Origin: Candidatus Megaera endosymbiont of Nemacystus decipiens
GTDB lineage: Bacteria > Pseudomonadota > Alphaproteobacteria > Rickettsiales > Rickettsiaceae
Direction: 5' to 3'
Assembly (NCBI GenBank): GCA_030036605.1
Contig: DAOTRE010000004.1
Location: forward strand, 146,123 to 210,122
DNA length: 64,000 nucleotides
Position numbers and translations under genes: made by a program. The stretch's first letter is position 1. Each line of letters starts with the position of its first letter. The notes under the pieces are model-generated. The model saw nothing but the letters and a program-made list of their open reading frames with translations. It searched no databases and had not been told where the DNA came from. Of the stretch, positions 38,839-48,049 are shown in pieces.

Positions 38839-40642
38839 TATAGAGGAGCCAGGACAGGAAGAACACAAGAGTGAGATTATTGTGGGGATTGATTTTGGAA
38901 CAACTAATTCACTAATTGCAGTCTCAAAAAATCGTACCCCAGTTGTTATTAAACTTGAAAATGGGATGGATTTTTGTCCTTCTGTCATTGCACTAGACGG
39001 CAGCCAAAATTTTAAAATAGGGGAGCAAATAGGGGAGCAAAAAAATGCTTGGAGCTTAAGGTCTATAAAGAGATATTTGTCTAAGACTTCTGATCAAATT
39101 CAAATGAACGATAACCTAATGCTACAATCAGATTTAATTAACTTGGATGAAACTATTCCAAGGATATTAGTTGGCGACAAGTTAGTTAGTTTTACAGAAT
39201 TGGCTTCTCAGATTTTTATTTATCTCGCAAATGCCGCCAGTATTGAATTAAAGAGTGATATCAAAAAAATTGTGCTTTCAGTTCCAGCTCATTTTGATGA
39301 CAATGCCAGAGGTCAAGTTATTTTGGCCGCCAAGATAGCAGGGCTTGAAGTGCTGCGCCTTATTTCTGAGCCTACTGCAGCAGCTTATGCTTATAGTTTA
39401 AATAAGAAAAAAGAAGGCTCTTATTTGGTTTATGACCTTGGAGGAGGTACTTTTGATATTTCGATTTTAAATATGGATCAAGGTGTCCTGCAAGTTATAG
39501 CAACTGACGGTAATAACATGCTTGGTGGAGATGATATTGATCTGTTATTGTCAAAGCACGTAGCAAAAAAACATTCGTTAAAAATTACTGATAGGTTTAT
39601 TGCTTGCATGAGGTCAATAAAAGAGCAGTTATCGAGAAATAACAAAGCAGAAGCCAGGTTTGAAAATATTACGATTATAGTTACTAGAGATGAGTTTGAA
39701 TCTATTATTACTCCCATTATTCAAAAAACAATAAATATGGTATCTTCTCTTTTATCAGAGTTTGATGAAATAGAGCTTGATGGTATAATATTAGTTGGTG
39801 GTTCGACTCGTATACCATTGATAAAAGAAAAATTAAAAAGATCTTTTGGAGTCAAAATACTTGACGATTTAGATCCCGATAAAATAGTTGCTTTAGGCGC
39901 AGCTATGCAAGCAGAAAATCTATCAACAAAATCTTCTGCTTTGTTAATAGACGTGTTGCCGCTGTCCATAGGGCTTCAGCTATACGGAGGAATAGTTGAA
40001 AAAATCATCATGCGTAATACACCTATTCCTTTTTCAATTACAAAGGAATTTACTACCCATATGGATAACCAGACAGGTATAAAATTACATATATTGCAAG
40101 GTGAACGTGAAATGGTAGATGATTGTTTATCTTTAGCGCATTTTGAGCTTAGCGGTATAAGACCTCAAAAAGCAGGTAGAGCTAGACTGGAAGTCACATT
40201 TGCAGTAGATGCAGATGGTATTTTATCTGTGAGCGCGCGTGACTGTGAAAGTGGGAAAGTAAAAAACATTACGGTTAATCCTACATACGAAGTAACAGAA
40301 GATACGGTATTAGACAATCTAAAGTCTGCATACCAGAATGCGCAAAAAGACCATCAGCTAAAGATACTATTAGAAACTAAATCAAATGCTGAGAGTTTGA
40401 TATATGGTTTGGAAAATGCTTTACAAGAAACTCCGGATGTTATTACAAAAAATGAATATCAACAAATAAAAGAGCAAATTGACTCTTTAAAGTTGTTTAT
40501 GCAAAACGATAATCGTGATAAAATACTTGATCAAATGAACCATCTCAATAAATTAGCTGAGAACTTTATACAAAAACATTTAGATCAAGGAGCTAATACT
40601 CATCTAAAGGGTCGAAGTGTTAATGAAATTAAAATAGATTAA
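38825..40642 (+). CDS. hscA: Fe-S cluster chaperone HscA (Hsp70 family)
   Basis: MQIVDIEEP; VGIDFGTTNSL; SEPTAAA; YDLGGGTFD; LVGGSTRIP; lies between hscB and fdx. Confidence 0.95.
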   Translation: MQIVDIEEPGQEEHKSEIIVGIDFGTTNSLIAVSKNRTPVVIKLENGMDFCPSVIALDGSQNFKIGEQIGEQKNAWSLRSIKRYLSKTSDQIQMNDNLMLQSDLINLDETIPRILVGDKLVSFTELASQIFIYLANAASIELKSDIKKIVLSVPAHFDDNARGQVILAAKIAGLEVLRLISEPTAAAYAYSLNKKKEGSYLVYDLGGGTFDISILNMDQGVLQVIATDGNNMLGGDDIDLLLSKHVAKKHSLKITDRFIACMRSIKEQLSRNNKAEARFENITIIVTRDEFESIITPIIQKTINMVSSLLSEFDEIELDGIILVGGSTRIPLIKEKLKRSFGVKILDDLDPDKIVALGAAMQAENLSTKSSALLIDVLPLSIGLQLYGGIVEKIIMRNTPIPFSITKEFTTHMDNQTGIKLHILQGEREMVDDCLSLAHFELSGIRPQKAGRARLEVTFAVDADGILSVSARDCESGKVKNITVNPTYEVTEDTVLDNLKSAYQNAQKDHQLKILLETKSNAESLIYGLENALQETPDVITKNEYQQIKEQIDSLKLFMQNDNRDKILDQMNHLNKLAENFIQKHLDQGANTHLKGRSVNEIKID

Positions 40643-40651
40643 ATTAAAAAA

Positions 40652-40990
40652 ATGTCATCAGAAAAAATAAAAATAATTTTTGTTGAAAACGATAAGGAAA
40701 TAGAAGTTGAAGGTTTAGTCGGACTTTCCATATTAGAGGTAGCTCATCAGAATGAAATCAATCTTGAAGGCGCATGTGAAGGTTCTTTAGCTTGTGCAAC
40801 TTGCCATGTTGTTTTAGAAGAAAAAATATACAATCAATTAGAAGAGCCTGAGGAAGCAGAGGAAGATATGTTGGATTTAGCTTTTGGGTTAACGCATACT
40901 TCAAGATTAGGGTGTCAAATTATTCTTACAAAAGAGCTTGATGGAATGCGTGTAAAGTTGCCATTTGCAACAAGGAATATTAATATTTAG
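40652..40990 (+). CDS. fdx: 2Fe-2S ferredoxin (ISC/adrenodoxin type)
   Basis: [15 protein letters not shown]...SRLGCQ. Confidence 0.97.
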   Translation: MSSEKIKIIFVENDKEIEVEGLVGLSILEVAHQNEINLEGACEGSLACATCHVVLEEKIYNQLEEPEEAEEDMLDLAFGLTHTSRLGCQIILTKELDGMRVKLPFATRNINI

Positions 40991-40992
40991 CC

Positions 40993-41973
40993 ATGAAAAC
41001 GAAAGCGCTAATTCTTAGTATAGTACTATATATCTCCCTATGGTGCCTTAGCGCCCACTGTATCAAGAAAAATACAGTTCAGTTTGTTAATGAACTGAAC
41101 ACTGATAATATAAAGTTTTCATATGATCAGATAAGTGTTTCCGGTTTTCCATTTTTTTGGATAGTTAACATAGATACTCCCAAAGTTACTTCAATAAGTC
41201 ACAACGGTTTACACGAAGCGATATTTAATAAAATAAAAATTAAATATACTATCTATACCCTTGAGCTTTCAATAGATAATGAAATATTGTTTAGTAACTC
41301 CGAAAATTCCCAAGACTTAGAAAGTTACTCTCTTATTTGCGAAGGTATTAACGTTTTGAAGTTAAAGTTCGATAAGCCTATTTGGTTTTCTTCGTTTGAT
41401 AATTTCATGCAGGATATAATTTCAATCGAATTGGCTTTTTCGCCTGTGAGTGCTGTAGGGAATGAAAAGGAAATATTTAATATTTCTCATCTCAATTTCG
41501 ACGTTTTAAAGATAGAAGAAGAATTATTTAATCATTTTGCAATAAAATTTTCTACACACTATGTGCTAGAAGGACCTCGTTTAAGTAATCAAATTCTTTT
41601 AGATATAAATTATATGGCTCCAAAAAAGAAATTGATACAAATAGTTACGGAAGACCTAGATTATGAACATAAGTTTATTCTAAATAAGTTCAATTTTTGT
41701 CATGCTGAGGAAGATGCGGAAGTGGATTTTAAAGGTGTTTTAAACTTAAAAACAGGCGAAGATCCTGCAGGAAAATTTAAGGTAATGTTTAAAAATTATG
41801 ATAAATTGATACAAAGCTCTGTCCCTGATGATTTTTTCCTACCAAAAGAGTTTTTACAAAATTTTATTGAAGAGTCTGCTATAGCTAGTGGACAAAAAAT
41901 CGACAATAATTACATTGAGTTTGATATTTTTATATCAGATCAAAACTTTGATATAAAAAGACGTAATATCTGA
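40993..41973 (+). CDS. Hypothetical membrane-anchored protein, possibly DUF2125-like
   Basis: N-terminal hydrophobic anchor (LILSIVLYISLW) and an early SVSGFPF motif as recalled for DUF2125; the rest is not recognised. Confidence 0.55.
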   Translation: MKTKALILSIVLYISLWCLSAHCIKKNTVQFVNELNTDNIKFSYDQISVSGFPFFWIVNIDTPKVTSISHNGLHEAIFNKIKIKYTIYTLELSIDNEILFSNSENSQDLESYSLICEGINVLKLKFDKPIWFSSFDNFMQDIISIELAFSPVSAVGNEKEIFNISHLNFDVLKIEEELFNHFAIKFSTHYVLEGPRLSNQILLDINYMAPKKKLIQIVTEDLDYEHKFILNKFNFCHAEEDAEVDFKGVLNLKTGEDPAGKFKVMFKNYDKLIQSSVPDDFFLPKEFLQNFIEESAIASGQKIDNNYIEFDIFISDQNFDIKRRNI

Positions 41974-41984
41974 TTTATTATGTT

Positions 41985-44900
41985 TTACATTAAGCAACCA
42001 TTTTCAAGCCAAAGAATTTTAGTAATAACTTTTTTATTTGGGTAAATAGAAGAGCATATTAATCTATAGTTTTCAAGTTGCTTTAGATAGCTGACAGGGA
42101 TTTCAGAACGGTTTTTTGGTGGAGTTAGGTCTGATTTATAATCAATAATAATAATATTATCACCATCTTCGATCATAAGGTCAATACGGCCTAAATCTAT
42201 TCCATTGTTTTGATTTATTCTACCAACACTTGTTTCAACTAAGCAGCCAGAAGATAATAATTTGTTCAGCTGTTTATTGGATTGTATTGCACTAATGCTA
42301 TTTGCTATTCTTTGTTGATTCGACAAACATAATGTCTTAATGAGAGGATGGTAGCTCATTTTGCTTATGTCTTTGGCTAAAATTGAATCTTCTAGAATTT
42401 TATGGAAAATTATTCCATATTCCATAGGGTTTGTATTATTCATTGGAGTCAAATACTTATTTCCTAGACATTTTTTGTCTTTTTTTAGATTAGGAATTTT
42501 GTTTAAATCATGTTGAACATTGAAACATTCTAATTCTTTATCATTCATTTTTTCAATAGCCGTTCTTTTAATCTCGTTATGGATTTGGCCATAAGTGATT
42601 TTTTCATCTAGCTTTACATTATTTCTCATGTTATAGAGCGTATTTTTGACTAGCTGGTACCAACAATTTTCGGGAACGGACTTGCTCTCTTGATACCCGC
42701 AAACTATTAGCCGGTCTTCTGCCCTTGTCATACCGACATACAAGAGTCGTAAATATTCAGAATAGGAAGCTTTTTGTGCCTGAGACTTTATTTTCTTTAG
42801 ACAGTTATTAGTAATGTTGGAACTTGTACTGACAACAAAATCTCCTTTGTCAGACCAAAAGAATCTTTCTTTTAATTTTGGGAGTGTAGTCGTATCACAT
42901 AATATTACGATCGGAGCTTGAAGGCCTTTTGCTCCGTGCAGGGTCATTATGCGTACTTGATTGAGTTTTAAACTCTCTCGTTTAATTGATGCATAATTGT
43001 TATCGATCCAAAAAATAAAATTTTGTAGAGAGTCGTCTATATTTTTACAGTAACTACTGCAAGCATATAACAATTCGTTTATTGCATCATCACTTGCCGG
43101 CCCATTATATTCAGATAATGATTTTCTATAACCCATTATTTCTGTTATGTAGTAAAAAAAGTTTGCGGCATTAGTTATTTTATAGACTTTTTGGAAGTAA
43201 TTTAATTTATCATAAATATTGGCATAGTTATTTCTATTTTCTTCGATAAATTTCCATATTGAACTTGATAATCTTTTAGTTGCAATATCGTATAATTCCT
43301 CCTCATTTAATAATATTATAGGAGATTTTAGTAAACTTCCTAAATTTAGATCATCATATGGATTTAAAACAAAGCGTGCTACTGACAACAAGTCTTGTAC
43401 TGATATGTTTTCTTTTAATATAATGCGGTCTAGGCCAGATACGCTAACGTCATTTTGCTGTAGTGCTTTAATAACTTCATCAGTAAACTGATCGCGTTTG
43501 CGAAATAAAATCATTATATCATCATTCTTAATAGGCATGCCAGTTGAGGGAAGAGTTTTTTTGCTATCAATTAGCTCTTTTACATATTTTGCTATTTTAT
43601 TAGCTAATATTAGCTTGGCTGAAATACTCTTTTGCTGCCTATTTTCAACAGGCCAAAATTTCTCAATATCTTGATTCACAGTGGATAAAGGCCAAAGTTC
43701 AACTAGTCCAGTAGTATTATTACGATAGGCTTTGATTTCATGAAGCGGCATAGGAAATAGATTGCTATCAATATTTTGCTGATTTTTAAATAAAGCGTAT
43801 ACTACATCAAGTATTGCGCTGGTTGATCGGTATGAAGTATCTAGATTGACGTTATAAAAAGGTTTTTTGGCATGATACATTTTTTCAGCTAAATTAACAT
43901 TTGTTTGAGCAAAAATATTGACATCAGCGCCTTGAAAGCTAAATATTGATTGCTTTGCATCGCCCACAACAAATATAGTTCGATTACTTTCTGAGTCTTT
44001 TCCATCACCACAGTAAAATTCTTCAATTAGTGCATTGATGATTCCCCATTGATTTGGACTGGTGTCTTGTGCTTCGTCCACTAATAAATGATCAATCAAA
44101 CCATCAAGTTTGTATAATACCCACTGGCGTACCTGGCTATCACATAATAAATTTGATGTTTTATCTATTAGATCATCGTAATCTAGTAAAGCTTTACGTT
44201 TTTTAATTGAGTTATATTCTTCTGTTAATTCGTAGCTTAATACGGATATCAAAGTGGAAAAGCAGCTTATTTGTAATGATTTAAACTCTTGGTCTTTTTG
44301 ATAGAATTGCTCTTGTAAATTTTTCAATGCAATGTCCAAATTAGAGCCTTTTTTTGCTACAGCATTGCCTGTAATACGTTTTCTTATTTCTCCTGTATTT
44401 GTTAGAAATAATTTATATAAGTCCTGGATTTGAAAATTCTGGCCTAATGCTGCTCTTAAATCTAGATTAGACAAAAATTCTGAAAAATACACCTCACGTG
44501 GTGTTCGCAATTTCTTAATAGCCTCTATAGCATCGGAAATCTTATTCTCTTTATACGCTTTATTTTTTAAAATTTTAGATTTATTTTGAATTATTTCCTT
44601 AAATATTTCATCAATAATAAGTTGGTGGAAGTTTGTAGCCAAATATTCATTAATTATCTGTAATTCTGCCTTATTGTTAATGATATTTTGTACTTCAGAT
44701 AATATTATTTGTTCCTTAGTCTCATCTATTACTTGGAATCTAGGAGAAATATCTGCTTCTAGTGGAAATTGTTGTAAAGTTTTTTGGCAAAAAGAGTGAA
44801 TGGTTTGTATACTTATATTATTTTCTGAGCATAAATGTTGTTCGTATAAGTTTTTAGCAATTTTTATTTCTTTTTCAGTAGGGCTGCGGCCTTGTATATT

Positions 44901-45149
44901 ATTTATAGAAATTTCTAATTCTTCATGATTCATTTTAGACCAATGAAAAATCATATCGTTAATCCTTTCCTTCATTTCTGCTGCAGCTGCATTGGTAAAG
45001 GTAATGCATAATATTTTGTGTGGGACAGCTTTGCTTAATAAAAGACGAAGTACGCGATCAGTTAATATCTTAGTTTTCCCAGTGCCAGCGGAGGCAGATA
45101 CCCAGATAGAAGAAGTTGGGTCTGACGCTTGAATCTGTAATTTATTCAT
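41985..45149 (-). CDS. addA: Double-strand break repair helicase/nuclease AddA (UvrD family)
   Basis: WVSASAGTGKT, LVDEAQDTS, VGDAKQSIFSFQGAD, TLHGAKGLQ, RLLYVGMTRA; C-terminal nuclease motif GRIDL...IIDYKSD. Confidence 0.93.
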   Translation of the reverse strand: MNKLQIQASDPTSSIWVSASAGTGKTKILTDRVLRLLLSKAVPHKILCITFTNAAAAEMKERINDMIFHWSKMNHEELEISINNIQGRSPTEKEIKIAKNLYEQHLCSENNISIQTIHSFCQKTLQQFPLEADISPRFQVIDETKEQIILSEVQNIINNKAELQIINEYLATNFHQLIIDEIFKEIIQNKSKILKNKAYKENKISDAIEAIKKLRTPREVYFSEFLSNLDLRAALGQNFQIQDLYKLFLTNTGEIRKRITGNAVAKKGSNLDIALKNLQEQFYQKDQEFKSLQISCFSTLISVLSYELTEEYNSIKKRKALLDYDDLIDKTSNLLCDSQVRQWVLYKLDGLIDHLLVDEAQDTSPNQWGIINALIEEFYCGDGKDSESNRTIFVVGDAKQSIFSFQGADVNIFAQTNVNLAEKMYHAKKPFYNVNLDTSYRSTSAILDVVYALFKNQQNIDSNLFPMPLHEIKAYRNNTTGLVELWPLSTVNQDIEKFWPVENRQQKSISAKLILANKIAKYVKELIDSKKTLPSTGMPIKNDDIMILFRKRDQFTDEVIKALQQNDVSVSGLDRIILKENISVQDLLSVARFVLNPYDDLNLGSLLKSPIILLNEEELYDIATKRLSSSIWKFIEENRNNYANIYDKLNYFQKVYKITNAANFFYYITEIMGYRKSLSEYNGPASDDAINELLYACSSYCKNIDDSLQNFIFWIDNNYASIKRESLKLNQVRIMTLHGAKGLQAPIVILCDTTTLPKLKERFFWSDKGDFVVSTSSNITNNCLKKIKSQAQKASYSEYLRLLYVGMTRAEDRLIVCGYQESKSVPENCWYQLVKNTLYNMRNNVKLDEKITYGQIHNEIKRTAIEKMNDKELECFNVQHDLNKIPNLKKDKKCLGNKYLTPMNNTNPMEYGIIFHKILEDSILAKDISKMSYHPLIKTLCLSNQQRIANSISAIQSNKQLNKLLSSGCLVETSVGRINQNNGIDLGRIDLMIEDGDNIIIIDYKSDLTPPKNRSEIPVSYLKQLENYRLICSSIYPNKKVITKILWLENGCLM

Positions 45150-45221
45150 AAAAAAATCTGTTCTACAATTAAGAGGATAATGATGTTGTTATATAACATT
45201 AAAGAAGTATTTAGTTTATTT

Positions 45222-45305
45222 TTATCATAAATTTTCTTTTTATCTCAAATTTATTGTTAATTTAATGTAGCATGATAATAACATGGATAGAATTATTAGT
45301 TAAAT
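45222..45305 (+). repeat. Duplicated 84-bp leader/promoter region, copy 1 (copy 2 at 46701-46784)
   Basis: Both copies begin TTATCATAAATTTTCTTTTT, share TCTCAAATTTAT and TTAATGTAGCAT, end GTTAAAT immediately before ATGAATTC, and have equal length. Confidence 0.85.
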
Positions 45306-46691
45306 ATGAATTCGTATAGCATTACTTTAGAAGATGTAAATAAAACTAGCCTTACTAAGTTTTTAAAAGAATTGGATACAAATAATATTACAAAGTATCA
45401 AAAAGAAGGTAAATTAAACTTCAATGAAACAGATGCAAAAACTGATTTTACTGAAAATCTTGATAGAGGGACAATAATACACCTTAAAAATGGAGAAAGC
45501 TTAGATAGGATTGTTGATGAAGAAATCACTGAGAATATTGCAAAAGATAAGAATTTTAATGATAATCAAAGAGATGAGCTTTTAGAGGCATTATTGGAAA
45601 AAGTCGATATTTCTCTTAAAAAACATGGTATTTCAAAGGAGCAATCAGATTATATTAAGAGTTCAAGCCATGAAAATGCCGTTGCAAATGCATCGAAAAA
45701 TATTTTGAATGTAATAACCGTTTCTATGAGTTCCAGTGCAGAGTATAAATCAGCAATATTAAATAATAATGCACTTGCTCAGATTGAAATTAGAGACGGA
45801 GATTTGATATATAAGAGTGTAGGAAAAATATTATTTGATAAGGAATTTTCAAAGCGCAATATTACAACTTTAGAAAAGAATATCGTAGCCCATTCAACAA
45901 TTGACTCAAACGACTATATAATTACTAATGTGGAAATAAATTTAGGCAAAGTAGGAGATAAAAAATTTACACCCAAGTTAGAATGTAATTTTTGTGCAGA
46001 TGGAAAAGTTGGTAATCAGTTGCTTCACAATATAAAAAACAAAATAAATGAAGTCAATAAATACCAAAAGCTACAGAATGATGCATCAAAAGACCGTCAT
46101 AGGATTAAACAATACGAAAATCCTGACAAAAATAAAGTAAATGTAGAACATCAAAATAAAAAAAGTGCCATTATAAAAATTAATACTTCAGATCCAAATA
46201 TTATCAATAAAGAATATTCCAATACAATGGAAACTTTTATGGAAAAAAGTGGTAAAAACAAGCAACATGAAGATAAAATTACACAAGATATTGTAACCCT
46301 GCTTAATAATAAAAAAGATGATAATACTCTTTCATTTCTTAAAAAGATTCCTACAACAAAAAAAGTACTACCCCTTGCATTAGCGAATCATATTGACAGT
46401 GAATTAAACAATTCTAACCAGTGTGACTCTAAAACTGCAAATGAATTAATTAATAGAACGTCAACTGTACTAGCAAACATTACAGATAAACCAAAGGGAT
46501 ATGTAAAAATTTTGATGAAAGAAATAATATCTGAGCGTGCAAAAGAGGAGAATATTAATGTTCCTAAAAAGGGTTTCATAGAAAAAATCTCTGATACTAT
46601 CAAGTTACTTTACTATAGTGCGAAAGGAGAAAATAAGTCCCAAGATTTGGATAAGTTTCAAAATAAAAAAAGCCACACAAGAGGTAGATAA
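45306..46691 (+). CDS. Hypothetical protein, tandem paralog 1 (candidate secreted effector)
   Basis: 461-aa ORF clearly homologous to 46785..48044; K/N-rich; no signal peptide; basic C-tail KKSHTRGR. Confidence 0.85.
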   Translation: MNSYSITLEDVNKTSLTKFLKELDTNNITKYQKEGKLNFNETDAKTDFTENLDRGTIIHLKNGESLDRIVDEEITENIAKDKNFNDNQRDELLEALLEKVDISLKKHGISKEQSDYIKSSSHENAVANASKNILNVITVSMSSSAEYKSAILNNNALAQIEIRDGDLIYKSVGKILFDKEFSKRNITTLEKNIVAHSTIDSNDYIITNVEINLGKVGDKKFTPKLECNFCADGKVGNQLLHNIKNKINEVNKYQKLQNDASKDRHRIKQYENPDKNKVNVEHQNKKSAIIKINTSDPNIINKEYSNTMETFMEKSGKNKQHEDKITQDIVTLLNNKKDDNTLSFLKKIPTTKKVLPLALANHIDSELNNSNQCDSKTANELINRTSTVLANITDKPKGYVKILMKEIISERAKEENINVPKKGFIEKISDTIKLLYYSAKGENKSQDLDKFQNKKSHTRGR

Positions 46692-46700
46692 ATTTTTTTC

Positions 46701-46784
46701 TTATCATAAATTTTCTTTTTGTCTCAAATTTATCATCAAGTTAATGTAGCATAATAATATCATAAACAAAATTACTCGTTAAAT
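46701..46784 (+). repeat. Duplicated 84-bp leader/promoter region, copy 2
   Basis: Aligns without gaps to 45222-45305. Confidence 0.85.
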
Positions 46785-48044
46785 ATGAATTCACACAGTT
46801 TTACTTCAAAAGATATAGAAAACTCTCAGAACGTCCCAGATTATTTAAAAAATTTGGATACAAATAATATTGAGATGTATCAAAAAGAAGGTAAATTAAA
46901 CTTCGAGGAGACAGCTGCAAAAAAAGATTTTACCAAAGATCTTAATCGAGGAACAATAATACATCTTAAAAAGGAAGGAAAGTTAGATAGAATTATTGAT
47001 GAAGAAATTGCTGAGAATATTGCAAAAGATAACCAGTTTACTGATAATCAAAGAGATGAGTTGAAGAGTGCTCTACTAGATAAAGTTGAAGGATCTTTTA
47101 AGAATTATGGTATTTCAAAAGAGCAATCAGATTATATCAAAACTTCGACGCAGCAGGGGGCGGTTGGAGCTCTAGGTGGAGGTCTTTTTATAGGGTTAGT
47201 AGCATTGAAACCAGAAGGCTTGCCTACAGCTCAAGTAACTAACGGATCTGCTGCGCAAATTGAAATTAAGGGTGGGAATTTGATTTATAAAAGTATAGAC
47301 AAAGTATTATTTGATCACGATATAACACAAGGTAATTTTGGAGATTATGGAATTGCAACTTATTCGAAAGTGGATTCAAAAGATTACATAATTTCTACTG
47401 TAGAAATAAACTTAGGGAAAGTTGGAGATAAAAATTTTACTCCCAAATTAGAATGCCATTTTTGCGCAGAGGGTGAAACGGGGAATCTTTTACTAAACGA
47501 CATTAAACAAGTAAAATCTACAATAAATCCAAAAAATCCAGATCTTATAAAGCAAGATTATCTTGAAACCAGAGATTCTTTAATGGAAGAAAGTGGTAAA
47601 AATAAAGAGCATGATAAACTAATAAAAGAGGCTATTACAACAGCTCTAAAAGAAAATGACACTGATATTGCGTCACCTCTGAAAAATATTTCTACAACAG
47701 AAAAAATGTTACCTTCTGCATTAGCGGACCATATTGATAATGTTTTAAAATATGAACCTAAAAATAATTCCTATGCTGTGGATAAACTAATAAATGATAC
47801 ATCGAATGTAGTGTCAGAAATTAGTGGCAAGCCAAAAGGGTATGTAAAAATTTTGATGAAGGACGTAATATCTGAGCGTGCAAAAGAGAAGAATATTAAT
47901 GTACCGAAAGAAGGCTTCATAGAAAAAATATCTGATACTATCAAACTACTTTACTATAGCGCAAAAGGAGAAAATAAGTCACAAGATTTGGATAAGTTTC
48001 GTAAAACCCCAATTGTAAAAAAATCATCTTCTTTGGGAAGATAA
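46785..48044 (+). CDS. Hypothetical protein, tandem paralog 2 (candidate secreted effector)
   Basis: 419-aa ORF; shares YQKEGKLNF...RGTIIHLK, GISKEQSDYIK, VEINLGKVGDK-x-FTPKLEC-x-FC and a 57-aa C-terminal block with paralog 1; tail RKTPIVKKSSSLGR. Confidence 0.85.
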   Translation: MNSHSFTSKDIENSQNVPDYLKNLDTNNIEMYQKEGKLNFEETAAKKDFTKDLNRGTIIHLKKEGKLDRIIDEEIAENIAKDNQFTDNQRDELKSALLDKVEGSFKNYGISKEQSDYIKTSTQQGAVGALGGGLFIGLVALKPEGLPTAQVTNGSAAQIEIKGGNLIYKSIDKVLFDHDITQGNFGDYGIATYSKVDSKDYIISTVEINLGKVGDKNFTPKLECHFCAEGETGNLLLNDIKQVKSTINPKNPDLIKQDYLETRDSLMEESGKNKEHDKLIKEAITTALKENDTDIASPLKNISTTEKMLPSALADHIDNVLKYEPKNNSYAVDKLINDTSNVVSEISGKPKGYVKILMKDVISERAKEKNINVPKEGFIEKISDTIKLLYYSAKGENKSQDLDKFRKTPIVKKSSSLGR

Positions 48045-48049
48045 ACAAT

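Noticed and set aside
45187-45198. Perfect 12-bp palindrome TGTTATATAACA between addA and paralog 1
   Set aside because: Dozens of such AT-rich 12-mers are expected by chance in 64 kb, and it is not part of the duplicated leader.
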